Virus record (IMG/VR): IMGVR_UViG_3300009436_000036
Location: 1 to 46,001 of that record
Strand: one strand, 5' to 3'
Source: a virus
Lineage: Duplodnaviria; Caudoviricetes
DNA length: 46,001 nt
Part shown: positions 35,882 through 44,804 of the stretch, piece after piece
Layout of the letters: every line of letters starts with the position of its first letter
Position numbering within the stretch: position 1 is the first letter of the stretch
The notes under the pieces: model-generated
The model's database searches: none
What the model saw: the letters and a program-made list of their open reading frames with translations, nothing else
Told to the model about the DNA's origin: nothing
Position numbers and translations under genes: made by a program

Positions 35882-36205
35882 TTAATGAAGTTCTTGGCTT
35901 GGTGTGGGCATGACATCTATCATGTCCCAAGCATAACCACCAAAACCAGACCTACATATATCTGGAATACTAACGAATTGTTCTTTGGTATCGCTATCGA
36001 TCTCTGCCACGAAACAATGTTCCAGATGACGTTTAATGTGTCTGTACATGTAAGATGTGGCTTCTTGCCTAGTCTTCCAACAAGTTGCTCTGGTGATGTA
36101 TAAAAAATTGTGAGATGAGAACAACATTCCCATCCCACCCATTTCTTCATCTTTTCTTGTACCCAGAAAAATTCCTTCGTCTGGGTCAATGATGATGTAA
36201 CGCAT
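35882..36205 (-). CDS. Hypothetical early protein
   Basis: Coupled to the upstream gene (TAATG). Confidence 0.6.
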   Translation of the reverse strand: MRYIIIDPDEGIFLGTRKDEEMGGMGMLFSSHNFLYITRATCWKTRQEATSYMYRHIKRHLEHCFVAEIDSDTKEQFVSIPDICRSGFGGYAWDMIDVMPTPSQELH

Positions 36206-36537
36206 TACATTCCTTTCTTAGCTTTCCACTTAGCAATGATGTCCTTAGACCATGTTGGGTTTTTGGTTTCGATGATAGCGTGTGGTGTCAAACCTTCGGC
36301 ACGTTTAGCGGCGTATTCTTCAACAGTCCAATTTGCCTTCAACTCTTTAACAAATTTTGCTTTAGTGATAGGAGTACCACTGTATTTAAAACGAGCGATG
36401 AACAAGTCAATACGACGACCAACATTCGAAGGGTGTATGTTTGGCTTGTTTTCATAAACTGGCTGACCTTCATAAGCGCCACGAAACATCAAGTAGCCAC
36501 CGTGGAAGTCTAGGTTTTCATTTGTAAAAGCAGTCAT
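36205..36537 (-). CDS. Hypothetical early protein
   Basis: Downstream of promoter cassette copy 2. Confidence 0.65.
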   Translation of the reverse strand: MTAFTNENLDFHGGYLMFRGAYEGQPVYENKPNIHPSNVGRRIDLFIARFKYSGTPITKAKFVKELKANWTVEEYAAKRAEGLTPHAIIETKNPTWSKDIIAKWKAKKGM

Positions 36538-36544
36538 GTCATTC

Positions 36545-36612
36545 TCTCTTTCGTTTGATTCTTAACTTACTCTTAATTTATAGCGAATCTATCAAACGTT
36601 GTCAACAACTTT
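36545..36612 (-). repeat. Early promoter cassette, copy 2
   Basis: TTGACA-N17-TATAAA; near-identical to 35805-35872. Confidence 0.85.
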
Positions 36613-36615
36613 GTT

Positions 36616-36813
36616 TTAAAAATGTTTTTCTAGCATATCTAACACATCTTGGTACTTGGCAATTTCCATAATCTCTTGTTCCATGGCTTCAAATACATCA
36701 GGATGTTCACCAATACCCGCTGGGTTGGCTAGATATACTTCTACATTCATTTTGTGCTTTTCGATATGTCCAATCGCATGTTGGATCATAGCATTAATCA
36801 TTTTCTCTCTCAT
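36616..36813 (-). CDS. Conserved T4-like hypothetical protein
   Basis: MREKMINAM..GHIEKHKMNVEVYLANPAGIGEHPD; start probably 36813. Confidence 0.65.
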   Translation of the reverse strand: MREKMINAMIQHAIGHIEKHKMNVEVYLANPAGIGEHPDVFEAMEQEIMEIAKYQDVLDMLEKHF

Positions 36814-36814
36814 A

Positions 36815-37483
36815 TCATATTCCTTTTTGTTTTTTGTACTCTTTGCGTACATTTAAGAAGTGTTCCAAATAATCGTATGTATTTATCTTGAATACTTGAG
36901 GCTCATGATGATCTACAGTAATAAGAATTACGCCCTGTTTAATAGGTATACCTGTCCTCTCATAGAAAGCGGCGGCGTAGAAAGATGCTTGAATGAAGTA
37001 ACTTGTAATCCATTCTTCTTTCTTTGGTTTTCGAGATGTTTTGAAATCAATAATAGACAACTGCCCATCGAACTCTGCAATACAGTCAACCTGTCCAGCA
37101 GTCTTTAAACGATCACTATACAAGAACACCTCTTGCATCCAGATGTTATCCAAGCGCTTATCCATGATTTTCTTGATGTCTTCAAACGAGAATAGGTTAG
37201 TTGGCATTGCGCCTTCTTTCCAATTTGGATCGTTGTTTAGATAGTCCTCAGCCAACTTGTGGACTGCCGTACCTCTTACAGATGCTTGTTGGGATATCTT
37301 ATTGGCTTCTACTTCGCCAACCTTCTTGCGCCATTCAAGGATACCCTGTTTGCTCAATATACCTAACACGGTAGTTATTGATGGGTATGCGTTACCTTCT
37401 GGGGTGAAGTATCTTCGTCCACCCTCAGTCGTTTTTCTAGTCAACGTAGGCAGTTCTACGTCGTGCTTCACATGATTAAACAT
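36815..37483 (-). CDS. PD-(D/E)XK exonuclease (Cas4/lambda-exo-like)
   Basis: YPSITTVL, RGTAVH, AGQVDCIAE, IIDFKTS, Q...YA. Confidence 0.85.
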   Translation of the reverse strand: MFNHVKHDVELPTLTRKTTEGGRRYFTPEGNAYPSITTVLGILSKQGILEWRKKVGEVEANKISQQASVRGTAVHKLAEDYLNNDPNWKEGAMPTNLFSFEDIKKIMDKRLDNIWMQEVFLYSDRLKTAGQVDCIAEFDGQLSIIDFKTSRKPKKEEWITSYFIQASFYAAAFYERTGIPIKQGVILITVDHHEPQVFKINTYDYLEHFLNVRKEYKKQKGI

Positions 37484-37529
37484 AATATAACTTTCTATTG
37501 ATTCTGTATTATACCACAGAAAAAATTAT

Positions 37530-37874
37530 TTATCCACCTAAAAATACTTTACCTGATCCAGATGTGATTTCTGCGCCACATTGATAAGTATCGCCCTTAC
37601 GTCCAGCACCTTTACCTTCGATAAAAACTTTGCCACTGTAAGATGATAATCCTGGAGTGTGAGTTGCGCATCCGGGGAATGTGTGGGCGGTAACGGCGTC
37701 ATCCTTTCGAACAACGCCAGTACCTTCTGCAAAAACTTTGCCACTACAAACATTAGTAGATGTCGTAGTCGGAGCCGCATCACAAGCGATACCATCGTTA
37801 GGGTTTGCATCCCCAACGGCTACGTGTACTGTATCTACAGTCTCTACTGCATCTCCTCTAGCGGCTTCTGGCAT
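37530..37874 (-). CDS. PAAR-domain spike tip (gp5.4-like)
   Basis: MPEAARGD..H..C..SGKVF.EG.G..R.GD...CGA.I.SGS.KVF. Confidence 0.8.
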   Translation of the reverse strand: MPEAARGDAVETVDTVHVAVGDANPNDGIACDAAPTTTSTNVCSGKVFAEGTGVVRKDDAVTAHTFPGCATHTPGLSSYSGKVFIEGKGAGRKGDTYQCGAEITSGSGKVFLGG

Positions 37875-38623
37875 TATGCGGCTTCCAATATCTTTTCTTT
37901 GGCGATGATATATTCTTTCACCAAACCAGATCGAACAATATCATCTACTGTAAATTCAACTGTTTTGAATGACGGAATGTCTTTAAGAACCTTCATAAAA
38001 TCACCAAGACCAGAAATATCTGCCCTGTTACGGTTGGTTGCCAAGTCATCTTGTCTTGTGTCTCCACAGAAGATAATTTTTGACGATTCACCAACACGTG
38101 TAATGATCGTATCCAATTCGTGGTATGTCATGGACTGGCACTCATCAACTAGGATAATTGCGTTGTCAAAGGTCAATCCACGAACAAACGAAGATGTCAT
38201 AAACTCAATCATCCCCTTTTGCTTTAGAATTTGGTATGCATCTTTCCTTCCGAATAAATCATTTGCGATGTCTTGGTATGGGGCTTCAAATACAGCCGCC
38301 TTTTCTGCTTGAGAACCAGGCATAAATCCCTGTTCTCTTGTTTGTACTGCTGATCTAATGATCACGATCTTTTCATATTCTTTTTTTGTCATGACGTCTG
38401 ACATTGCTAGATATAGGCCGCACATCGTTTTACCTGTGCCTGCCGTACCTATAGCGGCGAGATTTTTTCCTTCTTTATAAGAGTTGAATAAGTCAGATTG
38501 AGAGACGGTTAGTGGTGAAATTTGGCGCATTGCGAACTTTTGGTTTAAAATGCTTACTAAATGATCACTGTCTCTGTCTAGTCTACGCTTTTCTTTGCGA
38601 GATAATCTGCGCTGTTTTGTCAT
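37874..38623 (-). CDS. phoH: PhoH-family ATPase
   Basis: GTAGTGKT, GFMPG, SFVRGLTF, VDECQ, GDTRQ.D, DIVRSGLVK. Confidence 0.92.
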   Translation of the reverse strand: MTKQRRLSRKEKRRLDRDSDHLVSILNQKFAMRQISPLTVSQSDLFNSYKEGKNLAAIGTAGTGKTMCGLYLAMSDVMTKKEYEKIVIIRSAVQTREQGFMPGSQAEKAAVFEAPYQDIANDLFGRKDAYQILKQKGMIEFMTSSFVRGLTFDNAIILVDECQSMTYHELDTIITRVGESSKIIFCGDTRQDDLATNRNRADISGLGDFMKVLKDIPSFKTVEFTVDDIVRSGLVKEYIIAKEKILEAA

Positions 38624-38655
38624 GAAACCTCCTAGCGATAACCCAACAATTTTTA

Positions 38656-38892
38656 TTAGAATGTGTTGATGTTATCTTTTTTATGATGATGTTTAACGTT
38701 TCTAAGTACATCACGAAATCCCTCATCGGGCTTCATTCGCCCAAGACGGTACGGGTCAACGAACCCCGGAAACTTTGTAAAAATTTGTTTGATTTTAGGA
38801 TTAGTCTCTAGGTAATGCTCTAAGTCTGCCCAAGGCATACTCTCTTCAAACTGTTCATGTGTTTCTTTGTTTTCAAAACTATAGGTAGGCAT
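38656..38892 (-). CDS. FmdB-like small protein
   Basis: MPTYSF.N..T.E.FE; usual neighbour of phoH in T4-like phages. Confidence 0.65.
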   Translation of the reverse strand: MPTYSFENKETHEQFEESMPWADLEHYLETNPKIKQIFTKFPGFVDPYRLGRMKPDEGFRDVLRNVKHHHKKDNINTF

Positions 38893-38918
38893 TAACGCTC
38901 CTTACTTTTCCATACATG

Positions 38919-38926
38919 TATTTATA
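38919..38926 (-). promoter_or_regulatory. T4 late promoter
   Basis: TATAAATA on minus strand upstream of FmdB-like/PhoH/PAAR. Confidence 0.65.
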
Positions 38927-39509
38927 CAATTGAGTCGTACAAACCACGCCAATTTTTAATATTTGTTACATTTGGGTGAGAAAAATCTTTGCTGTGGTTT
39001 GAGGTTAGGAGATATGAGTTCAACCCCATCTCTACACCAAGTACGGCATTCTCTGGTTTATCTTCAACCCAGATACATCCACTATCACGATATGGTTCAA
39101 GAGCCTCATCCTTGTCAGCACCACACGGTAGGCAGATGATTTCTTCGAAAATCTTTCGACCAAATACAGCTTCAAGGTTTTTCTTTCGTAGCTTACCTGC
39201 ATAGATGTCATCTGATAGAGATGTGATTACATGGAATACATATCCATGATCTTGGTTTAATTTGCGCACATACTTAACAGCATCACGGAATGGTGTCAGC
39301 CATCCAACAGCCGCTGACTGGTTGAAATACTCAATTAGTCCATGTGCTTTCTCTGGTGTGATGCCAAACGTAGCACCCATGCAGTATGTCGAGATGGTTG
39401 GGTCTACAGGCTTGTAGCCCTGTTTCTCCATCCATCTAAAGAAGCTGTATGTCCATTCGAGTAGTACACCATCACAGTCTACCATTATTACTTTTTCATT
39501 CATCATCAT
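38922..39509 (-). CDS. HAD-family 5'(3')-nucleotidase-like protein
   Basis: DCDGVL, ITS, K, WVEDKPEN. Confidence 0.8.
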   Translation of the reverse strand: MMMNEKVIMVDCDGVLLEWTYSFFRWMEKQGYKPVDPTISTYCMGATFGITPEKAHGLIEYFNQSAAVGWLTPFRDAVKYVRKLNQDHGYVFHVITSLSDDIYAGKLRKKNLEAVFGRKIFEEIICLPCGADKDEALEPYRDSGCIWVEDKPENAVLGVEMGLNSYLLTSNHSKDFSHPNVTNIKNWRGLYDSIV

Positions 39510-39523
39510 AATATATATCTTTC

Positions 39524-39688
39524 TTAATCGTCTTTTTTATCAGAGAAGTTTGCTTGTTTCTCTTCACGCTTCATGCGCTTTCGATCACGGCGTTGTTTCA
39601 TCCGATACTCTTTGTCATCGACAGCATCATCGCCTGATCCCCATTCTTCGTCGTAATCTTCACGGAACTTCTTAAAACTTTTAGCCAT
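39524..39688 (-). CDS. Small charged hypothetical protein (54 aa, absent from the ORF track)
   Basis: MAKSFKKFREDYDEEWGSGDD...KKDD*, fills the gap between neighbours exactly. Confidence 0.65.
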   Translation of the reverse strand: MAKSFKKFREDYDEEWGSGDDAVDDKEYRMKQRRDRKRMKREEKQANFSDKKDD

Positions 39689-39694
39689 ATTCTT

Positions 39695-40123
39695 TTACTC
39701 TTCGATTAGTTCTGGAAATGCTTCCATTAATGTTTTCTTTGTAAGACCTTTAACAGACTTATGCGATATCATATGGTTTGCCAATAAATTAGCATCGTCA
39801 TTATCAATGTCTTCCAATAAGCTGATGAACAACTGTTCACGTTTCATTGGCTTCAGAGTGTCATAACCACCACCTTCTACAAAGATACGAAGTCTACGCG
39901 CTTCTTGGAATAGAAGGGCTTTTGCTTCATCTTCGTACTCATTATGTTTCCACGGTGGGGGTGTGTCTGGTATTAAAAACTTTACCCCTACATCATATAT
40001 ATTCTTTAGCACAACTCGCAACGGTTGGCTGTCATTTTCGCGCAACCATGCGATCTTTTCGCTCTTAGAGTCGAGTGTTTGTACATGATTTACGATTTCT
40101 GAAATAGATCGTCTTACTGCCAT
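39695..40123 (-). CDS. Conserved T4-like hypothetical protein downstream of RNase H
   Basis: ISEI..KI..LR....L..VL...D....F..P...PP...L..E.RRL..F..GG...KREQLFI.LLE. Confidence 0.7.
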   Translation of the reverse strand: MAVRRSISEIVNHVQTLDSKSEKIAWLRENDSQPLRVVLKNIYDVGVKFLIPDTPPPWKHNEYEDEAKALLFQEARRLRIFVEGGGYDTLKPMKREQLFISLLEDIDNDDANLLANHMISHKSVKGLTKKTLMEAFPELIEE

Positions 40124-40124
40124 T

Positions 40125-40985
40125 TTAAAAGTCCTGTATATCTGAAACTAAGTTTTTTAGTTTCTTGGTAATAAAGAAGCTGAACAACTGTGATCGTCCA
40201 ACGGTTTCCTCTTTGTTATATTCAGCCATGATCATATCTTTATAGTTCTGAGGTACTTCATTCAAGTCAATCATCTTTTTGTTCCGATTGTATCTTGCGA
40301 TAGTTTCCTCATCCATATTCTCACTAGTGCCTTTATATAAAGCCATACGCTTCTGTGTCATAGGCTTCTGTCGTTCTCCAACAGCCAAACAATTGTCAGG
40401 CGATAGGATATTAGGTACACCATCACCGCTATCACCTTTGATGATATGTTCCTCAAGGAACTGCGTGGGGTTATTGTCACTCAACCAACGCTTACGGATA
40501 GGATCATATTGATCAACATTCGCATACGTCTGTAGTTGAATAAAGTCTTTATCGGCAGACAGTACAAGGTACTTTTCAGCGCCTGTGTTCATCGTCGTAC
40601 CTTCATTGTGAATAATAGTACCAATGATGTCATCTGCTTCACAGTGATCAATATGGATTACCTTATACGGAAAGAATTCTCGCATCTCATCACGGATAAC
40701 GTTCATAATATTAAAAACATTATTCCAATCAAGATCAGACTTGTCTCGTGTCTTCTTGCGATTAGCTTTATAGTACGGATACGCCTCGCGTCTCCATGTG
40801 TTTTTGCCATCAGCACAAATAATTATCTCACCATAATCGTTATGAAATTTCTTTCGGTTCATCCGTACTGAGTTCAAGAACATATGACGAATGACGTTTT
40901 CATCAATGTCTATGTTCGTATGGTTACCTACTGCTTGAAAAAGCGAAGCAAGGATAACCTGATTGAAGTCCATTAGTATTGCCAT
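40125..40985 (-). CDS. rnh: T4-type RNase H (5'-3' exonuclease)
   Basis: WRR..YPYYKANRKK, EADDII, SADKDF.QL, GDSGDGVPN. Confidence 0.92.
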   Translation of the reverse strand: MAILMDFNQVILASLFQAVGNHTNIDIDENVIRHMFLNSVRMNRKKFHNDYGEIIICADGKNTWRREAYPYYKANRKKTRDKSDLDWNNVFNIMNVIRDEMREFFPYKVIHIDHCEADDIIGTIIHNEGTTMNTGAEKYLVLSADKDFIQLQTYANVDQYDPIRKRWLSDNNPTQFLEEHIIKGDSGDGVPNILSPDNCLAVGERQKPMTQKRMALYKGTSENMDEETIARYNRNKKMIDLNEVPQNYKDMIMAEYNKEETVGRSQLFSFFITKKLKNLVSDIQDF

Positions 40986-41014
40986 TATATTTCTCTTTGT
41001 TTTGTTTATAGATC

Positions 41015-41043
41015 ATTCTAATCTATATCTTCCTCATTGTCAA
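41015..41043 (-). promoter_or_regulatory. Sigma70-type promoter
   Basis: TTGACA-N17-TAGAAT upstream of rnh. Confidence 0.65.
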
Positions 41044-41371
41044 GTATTTTATCTACCTCTTCGTGATATTCGTCTAAATCTATCGCATCATTCGCAAAGT
41101 CTTGTAGTGGATGGTGCAATCCTTGGCTCAGTAGATGTAGTGATTTAATTGTTTCCAAAACAAGAACTATAGAAGGGAAGTATTCTGATGGATCATCACC
41201 AAAATCACATCCACTTCTAATAAGTTCAGTTAATACACTTTGCCATATCAGTTCTGAAACTTGATCAGCCAACCCATATCTGAAGTCTGCTACTTGTTCT
41301 TCAAGTTCATCTTCATTTTGGGGTGGCGTCCCAAGCCTTTTTTGCTTGGGAAACTCTATAATATCAGCCAT
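41018..41371 (-). CDS. Hypothetical protein
   Basis: MADIIEFPK start; overlaps the glycosyltransferase stop. Confidence 0.65.
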   Translation of the reverse strand: MADIIEFPKQKRLGTPPQNEDELEEQVADFRYGLADQVSELIWQSVLTELIRSGCDFGDDPSEYFPSIVLVLETIKSLHLLSQGLHHPLQDFANDAIDLDEYHEEVDKILDNEEDID

Positions 41372-42323
41372 TAGCTCTCAATTCTAGCAACAACTTTGTC
41401 CAGTTGCTCTTAAATATATCAATACTATGAGGATACAACTGCGCTCTATCGCTTGTTGTCATCTTAGTAAGAAAGTTTGGATCATCTTTTTGGATGTCAA
41501 GAACTTGCTTAGCATATGCGTAAGCAATATTAGCATGTGCAGACTTATCTTCGTTGTAGTTGTATTGAATAGTTGCGTTAGCACTTGTCTCACCCAAAGC
41601 ACCAATGTTGGGGTGAATGCAAAGTACACTAGAACGGATAGCTTCGATCATTGCAATGCACGACGTCTCTTGCCAAATACATGGATACAAGAAGATGTGT
41701 GCATTTTCCAACGCTTCCATAACTACCTCATTAGGCTGTGCGCCATGGTAGGTAATGTTGGGATGATCTGTCAATTCCATAAACAATTCACGGTATGGTT
41801 CGTCTCTCTGTTCCCATCCATAGATAGAAAAAGAAGAGAAAACGTCTAGGTGAATATTATCATGCACCTTAGTCAGTGCGTCAAATACTGGATAGAGCAA
41901 TTCTAAGCCCCTGTGAGGCGTTGTATGGTAAATAAACCGAATTTGTTCAGTCGGTTTCTCTCTTGGCTCGTAGGCAGTCTCTACGGCGTTCTGAATGATA
42001 GAACACTTAGAGTGTGGAAGTCCATACATCGCAATATATTGATCACGTTGCCACTGCGAAACAAACACAAAATGGTCAAACTGTTTCCACTTTTCATTGC
42101 GCAATACCGCATTTTCTGGGTCTTGTGCTAGATCATGGCAGTATAGAATATTCTTATTGACATCTGCTGGTACGTGTCTTGGTCTTGAAAAGTGAATAGC
42201 TACATCACTCAACAGGTCAAAGTCCACGTTGTCTAATAGACGCTTACGCATCATCTCTGTACCACCGTTAGCGTTCTTAGATTGTTCGCTTTCGACAATA
42301 TGTCCTTTATGAATCATGCTCAT
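41364..42323 (-). CDS. GT-B glycosyltransferase (GT4-like)
   Basis: GGTE, FVSQWQ, TPHRGL, YP..WQETSCIAMIEA, GALGET. Confidence 0.85.
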   Translation of the reverse strand: MSMIHKGHIVESEQSKNANGGTEMMRKRLLDNVDFDLLSDVAIHFSRPRHVPADVNKNILYCHDLAQDPENAVLRNEKWKQFDHFVFVSQWQRDQYIAMYGLPHSKCSIIQNAVETAYEPREKPTEQIRFIYHTTPHRGLELLYPVFDALTKVHDNIHLDVFSSFSIYGWEQRDEPYRELFMELTDHPNITYHGAQPNEVVMEALENAHIFLYPCIWQETSCIAMIEAIRSSVLCIHPNIGALGETSANATIQYNYNEDKSAHANIAYAYAKQVLDIQKDDPNFLTKMTTSDRAQLYPHSIDIFKSNWTKLLLELRANG

Positions 42324-42338
42324 TATTAATTCTCCGAA

Positions 42339-42608
42339 TTACAATAGTTTAAAATCAGTTACAGAATCCCAACGAAATGAACGCCAACCTGGGGCTTTCA
42401 CATCATACACCACGCAAACTTCTTCGCTCACGGCGCGAACTTTTTTCTGTGTAAGGGGTTCTTCTTTTTTTGCGATTGGCAGTACACTTTCCATCAGTGT
42501 ACACTGCATTACACGAACATCACCATTTTGCTTAGTGAAAGTTACTTCGCAAGTTCTTTCTTTTAGATTGGCAATGATGCCATCTTTATATGATTGTTCA
42601 ATTCCCAT
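42339..42608 (-). CDS. Small SH3/WYL-like protein
   Basis: VTFTKQNGDVRVM.CTL..VYDV...GWRSFR. Confidence 0.7.
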   Translation of the reverse strand: MGIEQSYKDGIIANLKERTCEVTFTKQNGDVRVMQCTLMESVLPIAKKEEPLTQKKVRAVSEEVCVVYDVKAPGWRSFRWDSVTDFKLL

Positions 42609-42634
42609 AATATATATTCCTTATTTGTCACTTA

Positions 42635-42892
42635 CTACTTAGGTACGAATTTAACCAAACCTAAGTCTTTGCTTAGAACTTTAAAAACCACGTCAGCCGC
42701 ATCTTGGAGTGGGTCTAGTCTTAGGTTGGCAATGAAACGATCTACATAGAGTAGTTCTTTATCATATCGCCCTGCTATTTCCATTCCTTCAAAAAAAGTT
42801 TCAACATCGTATGGATTCTCATAGAACATCGATTGTGAATCCTTTGTTATTGCCTTTGGCTCAGCACTATGCTCTTTCTTTGACTTTGACAT
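42635..42892 (-). CDS. Hypothetical protein
   Basis: 85 aa ORF in the operon. Confidence 0.55.
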   Translation of the reverse strand: MSKSKKEHSAEPKAITKDSQSMFYENPYDVETFFEGMEIAGRYDKELLYVDRFIANLRLDPLQDAADVVFKVLSKDLGLVKFVPK

Positions 42893-43502
42893 TCGTTTCC
42901 TCTTTATGTATTGCGTTTAGAGCGTTATGCAAGTCTGCAATAGTTCCATTATTGTGTATTCTGTGTGTCCTTACGTCGAACTTGTAGTCTTGCATGTATT
43001 TAGTGTCAATCTCAGTTCTTGATGAAATGACATATTCACGCACGATATTACCATTAAAGTATCTACGGCTATCTGTTGAATAATCACACCCATCACGTAC
43101 AAGCTGTACAAGTACGAAATTCTTAGCTCCAATTTTATTTATGATAGGAAACAACTCATGTGAGAACCCACCATCAGATATAACATAATCTTTATTTGGG
43201 TCTATCTCTTCTGCTACCATTTTACCAAAGTAATCTAGTCCACGTTTTGGTTTGATAACATTTTCTGATACATGGATCATAGCCTCACGTCGAGAGAAAC
43301 CCCCAAGATGAACAGATGCTCTTTCTTTTACGTCACGATTGTCATAATCAGTCATGAACCAATCTTCACTCACATCAAAATACTTAAAGGTTTCTTTAAA
43401 CAATTGGTACTTGAATGAAAGATGTTTGTACCCCTTGGTTTTGAAAAGATCAGCCGCGCAATCTTTACCTGATGCTGGAGGACCGTTGAATAATATAATC
43501 AT
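42867..43502 (-). CDS. Deoxynucleoside monophosphate kinase-like P-loop protein
   Basis: NGPPASGKD, SRREAMI..SE..IKP..G..YFG, ISDGGF..E, DSR, NNGT. Confidence 0.7.
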   Translation of the reverse strand: MIILFNGPPASGKDCAADLFKTKGYKHLSFKYQLFKETFKYFDVSEDWFMTDYDNRDVKERASVHLGGFSRREAMIHVSENVIKPKRGLDYFGKMVAEEIDPNKDYVISDGGFSHELFPIINKIGAKNFVLVQLVRDGCDYSTDSRRYFNGNIVREYVISSRTEIDTKYMQDYKFDVRTHRIHNNGTIADLHNALNAIHKEETNVKVKERA

Positions 43503-43711
43503 GCAATATCACTTTCTGCTTTAAATGCTTCTTCCCATTCACCCTCTACTATGCCAGATAAGATAAACTCACGATCTCTATCTGATAGATATGGCATGGC
43601 TTCGCTAATACAAACCATTCCTGTTTCATACAAAGCCCAATCATCTGGGGCTACTGGTATATCTTTAGAACGAACTTTGCCGCTGTAGGCACTTTTTCTT
43701 TGTATTTTCAT
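43499..43711 (-). CDS. Hypothetical protein
   Basis: MKIQRKS..SG...DI.V..AMPYLS..DREFI.SG...EW; start probably 43711. Confidence 0.6.
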   Translation of the reverse strand: MKIQRKSAYSGKVRSKDIPVAPDDWALYETGMVCISEAMPYLSDRDREFILSGIVEGEWEEAFKAESDIA

Positions 43712-43729
43712 ATCACCACGACTCCTAGA

Positions 43730-43767
43730 ATTTCTAATAGGATACACTATTCTATTAGAAATGTCAA
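43730..43767 (-). promoter_or_regulatory. Sigma70-type promoter overlapped by an 11-bp inverted repeat
   Basis: TTGACA-N17-TATCCT; ATTTCTAATAG (43730-43740) / CTATTAGAAAT (43752-43762). Confidence 0.55.
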
Positions 43768-44169
43768 GTCTTTTACGTGGCTTCTATGAATTTTGCAGTT
43801 AATGATACCGTTGTAATAGTCATCACGCAGTAGTACGTCATGCTCAAACTGGTATTTGGCTTCAAGGTAGCCAAGTTCGCCTTTTTTCATGCATAGAGTT
43901 AGTATCTCTCTATGGAAATTATCAGCACCTTTTTCTTCAAGCATAAGCTGTACAGCCTCAGAAGAACCGTAATAGGTTTTCCAATCCGACTCTTTTATAA
44001 CAGTACGCTTTCGCTTGTACCCCTTGAGAGGTGGCAACTTACGAACAGACCTCAGTAGTTTCTTTCCAACGTATTTTTTGTCGTTAGACTTGTCTGTGAT
44101 AAGGTACACGAAACCAATGTATTCCCCAATCATCTCAGACGTAAACTCTTTGCCTTTGTAGTGCCACAT
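43747..44169 (-). CDS. GIY-YIG-like protein
   Basis: GFVYLIT....KKYVGKK..ESDWKTYYGSS..F.REIL..YYN; late box at 44197-44204. Confidence 0.7.
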   Translation of the reverse strand: MWHYKGKEFTSEMIGEYIGFVYLITDKSNDKKYVGKKLLRSVRKLPPLKGYKRKRTVIKESDWKTYYGSSEAVQLMLEEKGADNFHREILTLCMKKGELGYLEAKYQFEHDVLLRDDYYNGIINCKIHRSHVKDLTFLIE

Positions 44170-44199
44170 AATATAAACTCCATGATGTTATGAAGTTAT

Positions 44200-44412
44200 T
44201 TATAATGTTGGTTCAACAACCCTTGGAATACAGACTGCTTGGCTACCTTTAGGAAATGTTCCATGCTCTCCACTGATCTGCAACCCAAGTACAGATCGTG
44301 CTTCAAAGCACTCTATCATAGTATCATAAGTCCAATGACCTTCTACTGTGGGTTCGTGGTATTCTCCATTAAACATGAGACTTATTAATACTAATGTCCA
44401 TACCTCAATCAA
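44200..44412 (-). CDS. Small hypothetical protein with hydrophobic N-terminus and two Cys
   Basis: Likely TTG start at 44412 behind GAGGAG. Confidence 0.55.
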   Translation of the reverse strand: MIEVWTLVLISLMFNGEYHEPTVEGHWTYDTMIECFEARSVLGLQISGEHGTFPKGSQAVCIPRVVEPTL

Positions 44413-44569
44413 TGCGAATCTCCTCTTCATCCTCGAAGGTTACCATGACTTTCAAAGTTCGATTATCATCTTGCAACGAAAGCCATACACGCTCAACATT
44501 ATGTTTTGTGTATGATCTTCCGTTGTTATCAATAACCTCTACGCGAGTTACATCATCAAGATTAATCAT
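44405..44569 (-). CDS. Small hypothetical protein (54 aa, absent from the ORF track)
   Basis: MINLDDVTRVEVIDNNGRSY...SLQDDNRTLKV...*, overlaps both neighbours. Confidence 0.65.
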   Translation of the reverse strand: MINLDDVTRVEVIDNNGRSYTKHNVERVWLSLQDDNRTLKVMVTFEDEEEIRID

Positions 44570-44792
44570 AACCACGCCCTGCTACTTTATCTACGTCATT
44601 TGGGTCTTCGTTGTCTACTTCCCACATTCTAACGTATTGAAAGAAATCGCCATACTTCGCCAGTTCAATCTCTGGGTAACCTTCAGAAATCAACCAAAGG
44701 GTTAGGCTCCAAGGTTGGGGCAGAGGATTTGGTAACGCTTTTGGGAAGCCATACTTCCATCCACTTGGTGGATCAACCATAGTTGTTTTCAT
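44562..44792 (-). CDS. Hypothetical protein (DPPSGWKYGFPK)
   Basis: AGGAG RBS. Confidence 0.65.
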   Translation of the reverse strand: MKTTMVDPPSGWKYGFPKALPNPLPQPWSLTLWLISEGYPEIELAKYGDFFQYVRMWEVDNEDPNDVDKVAGRGYD

Positions 44793-44804
44793 AATATATC
44801 TCCT

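Noticed and set aside
36815-37483. Cas4 / CRISPR-associated nuclease
   Set aside because: Lacks the four-Cys Fe-S motif; matches the ordinary T4-like PD-(D/E)XK exonuclease next to phoH.
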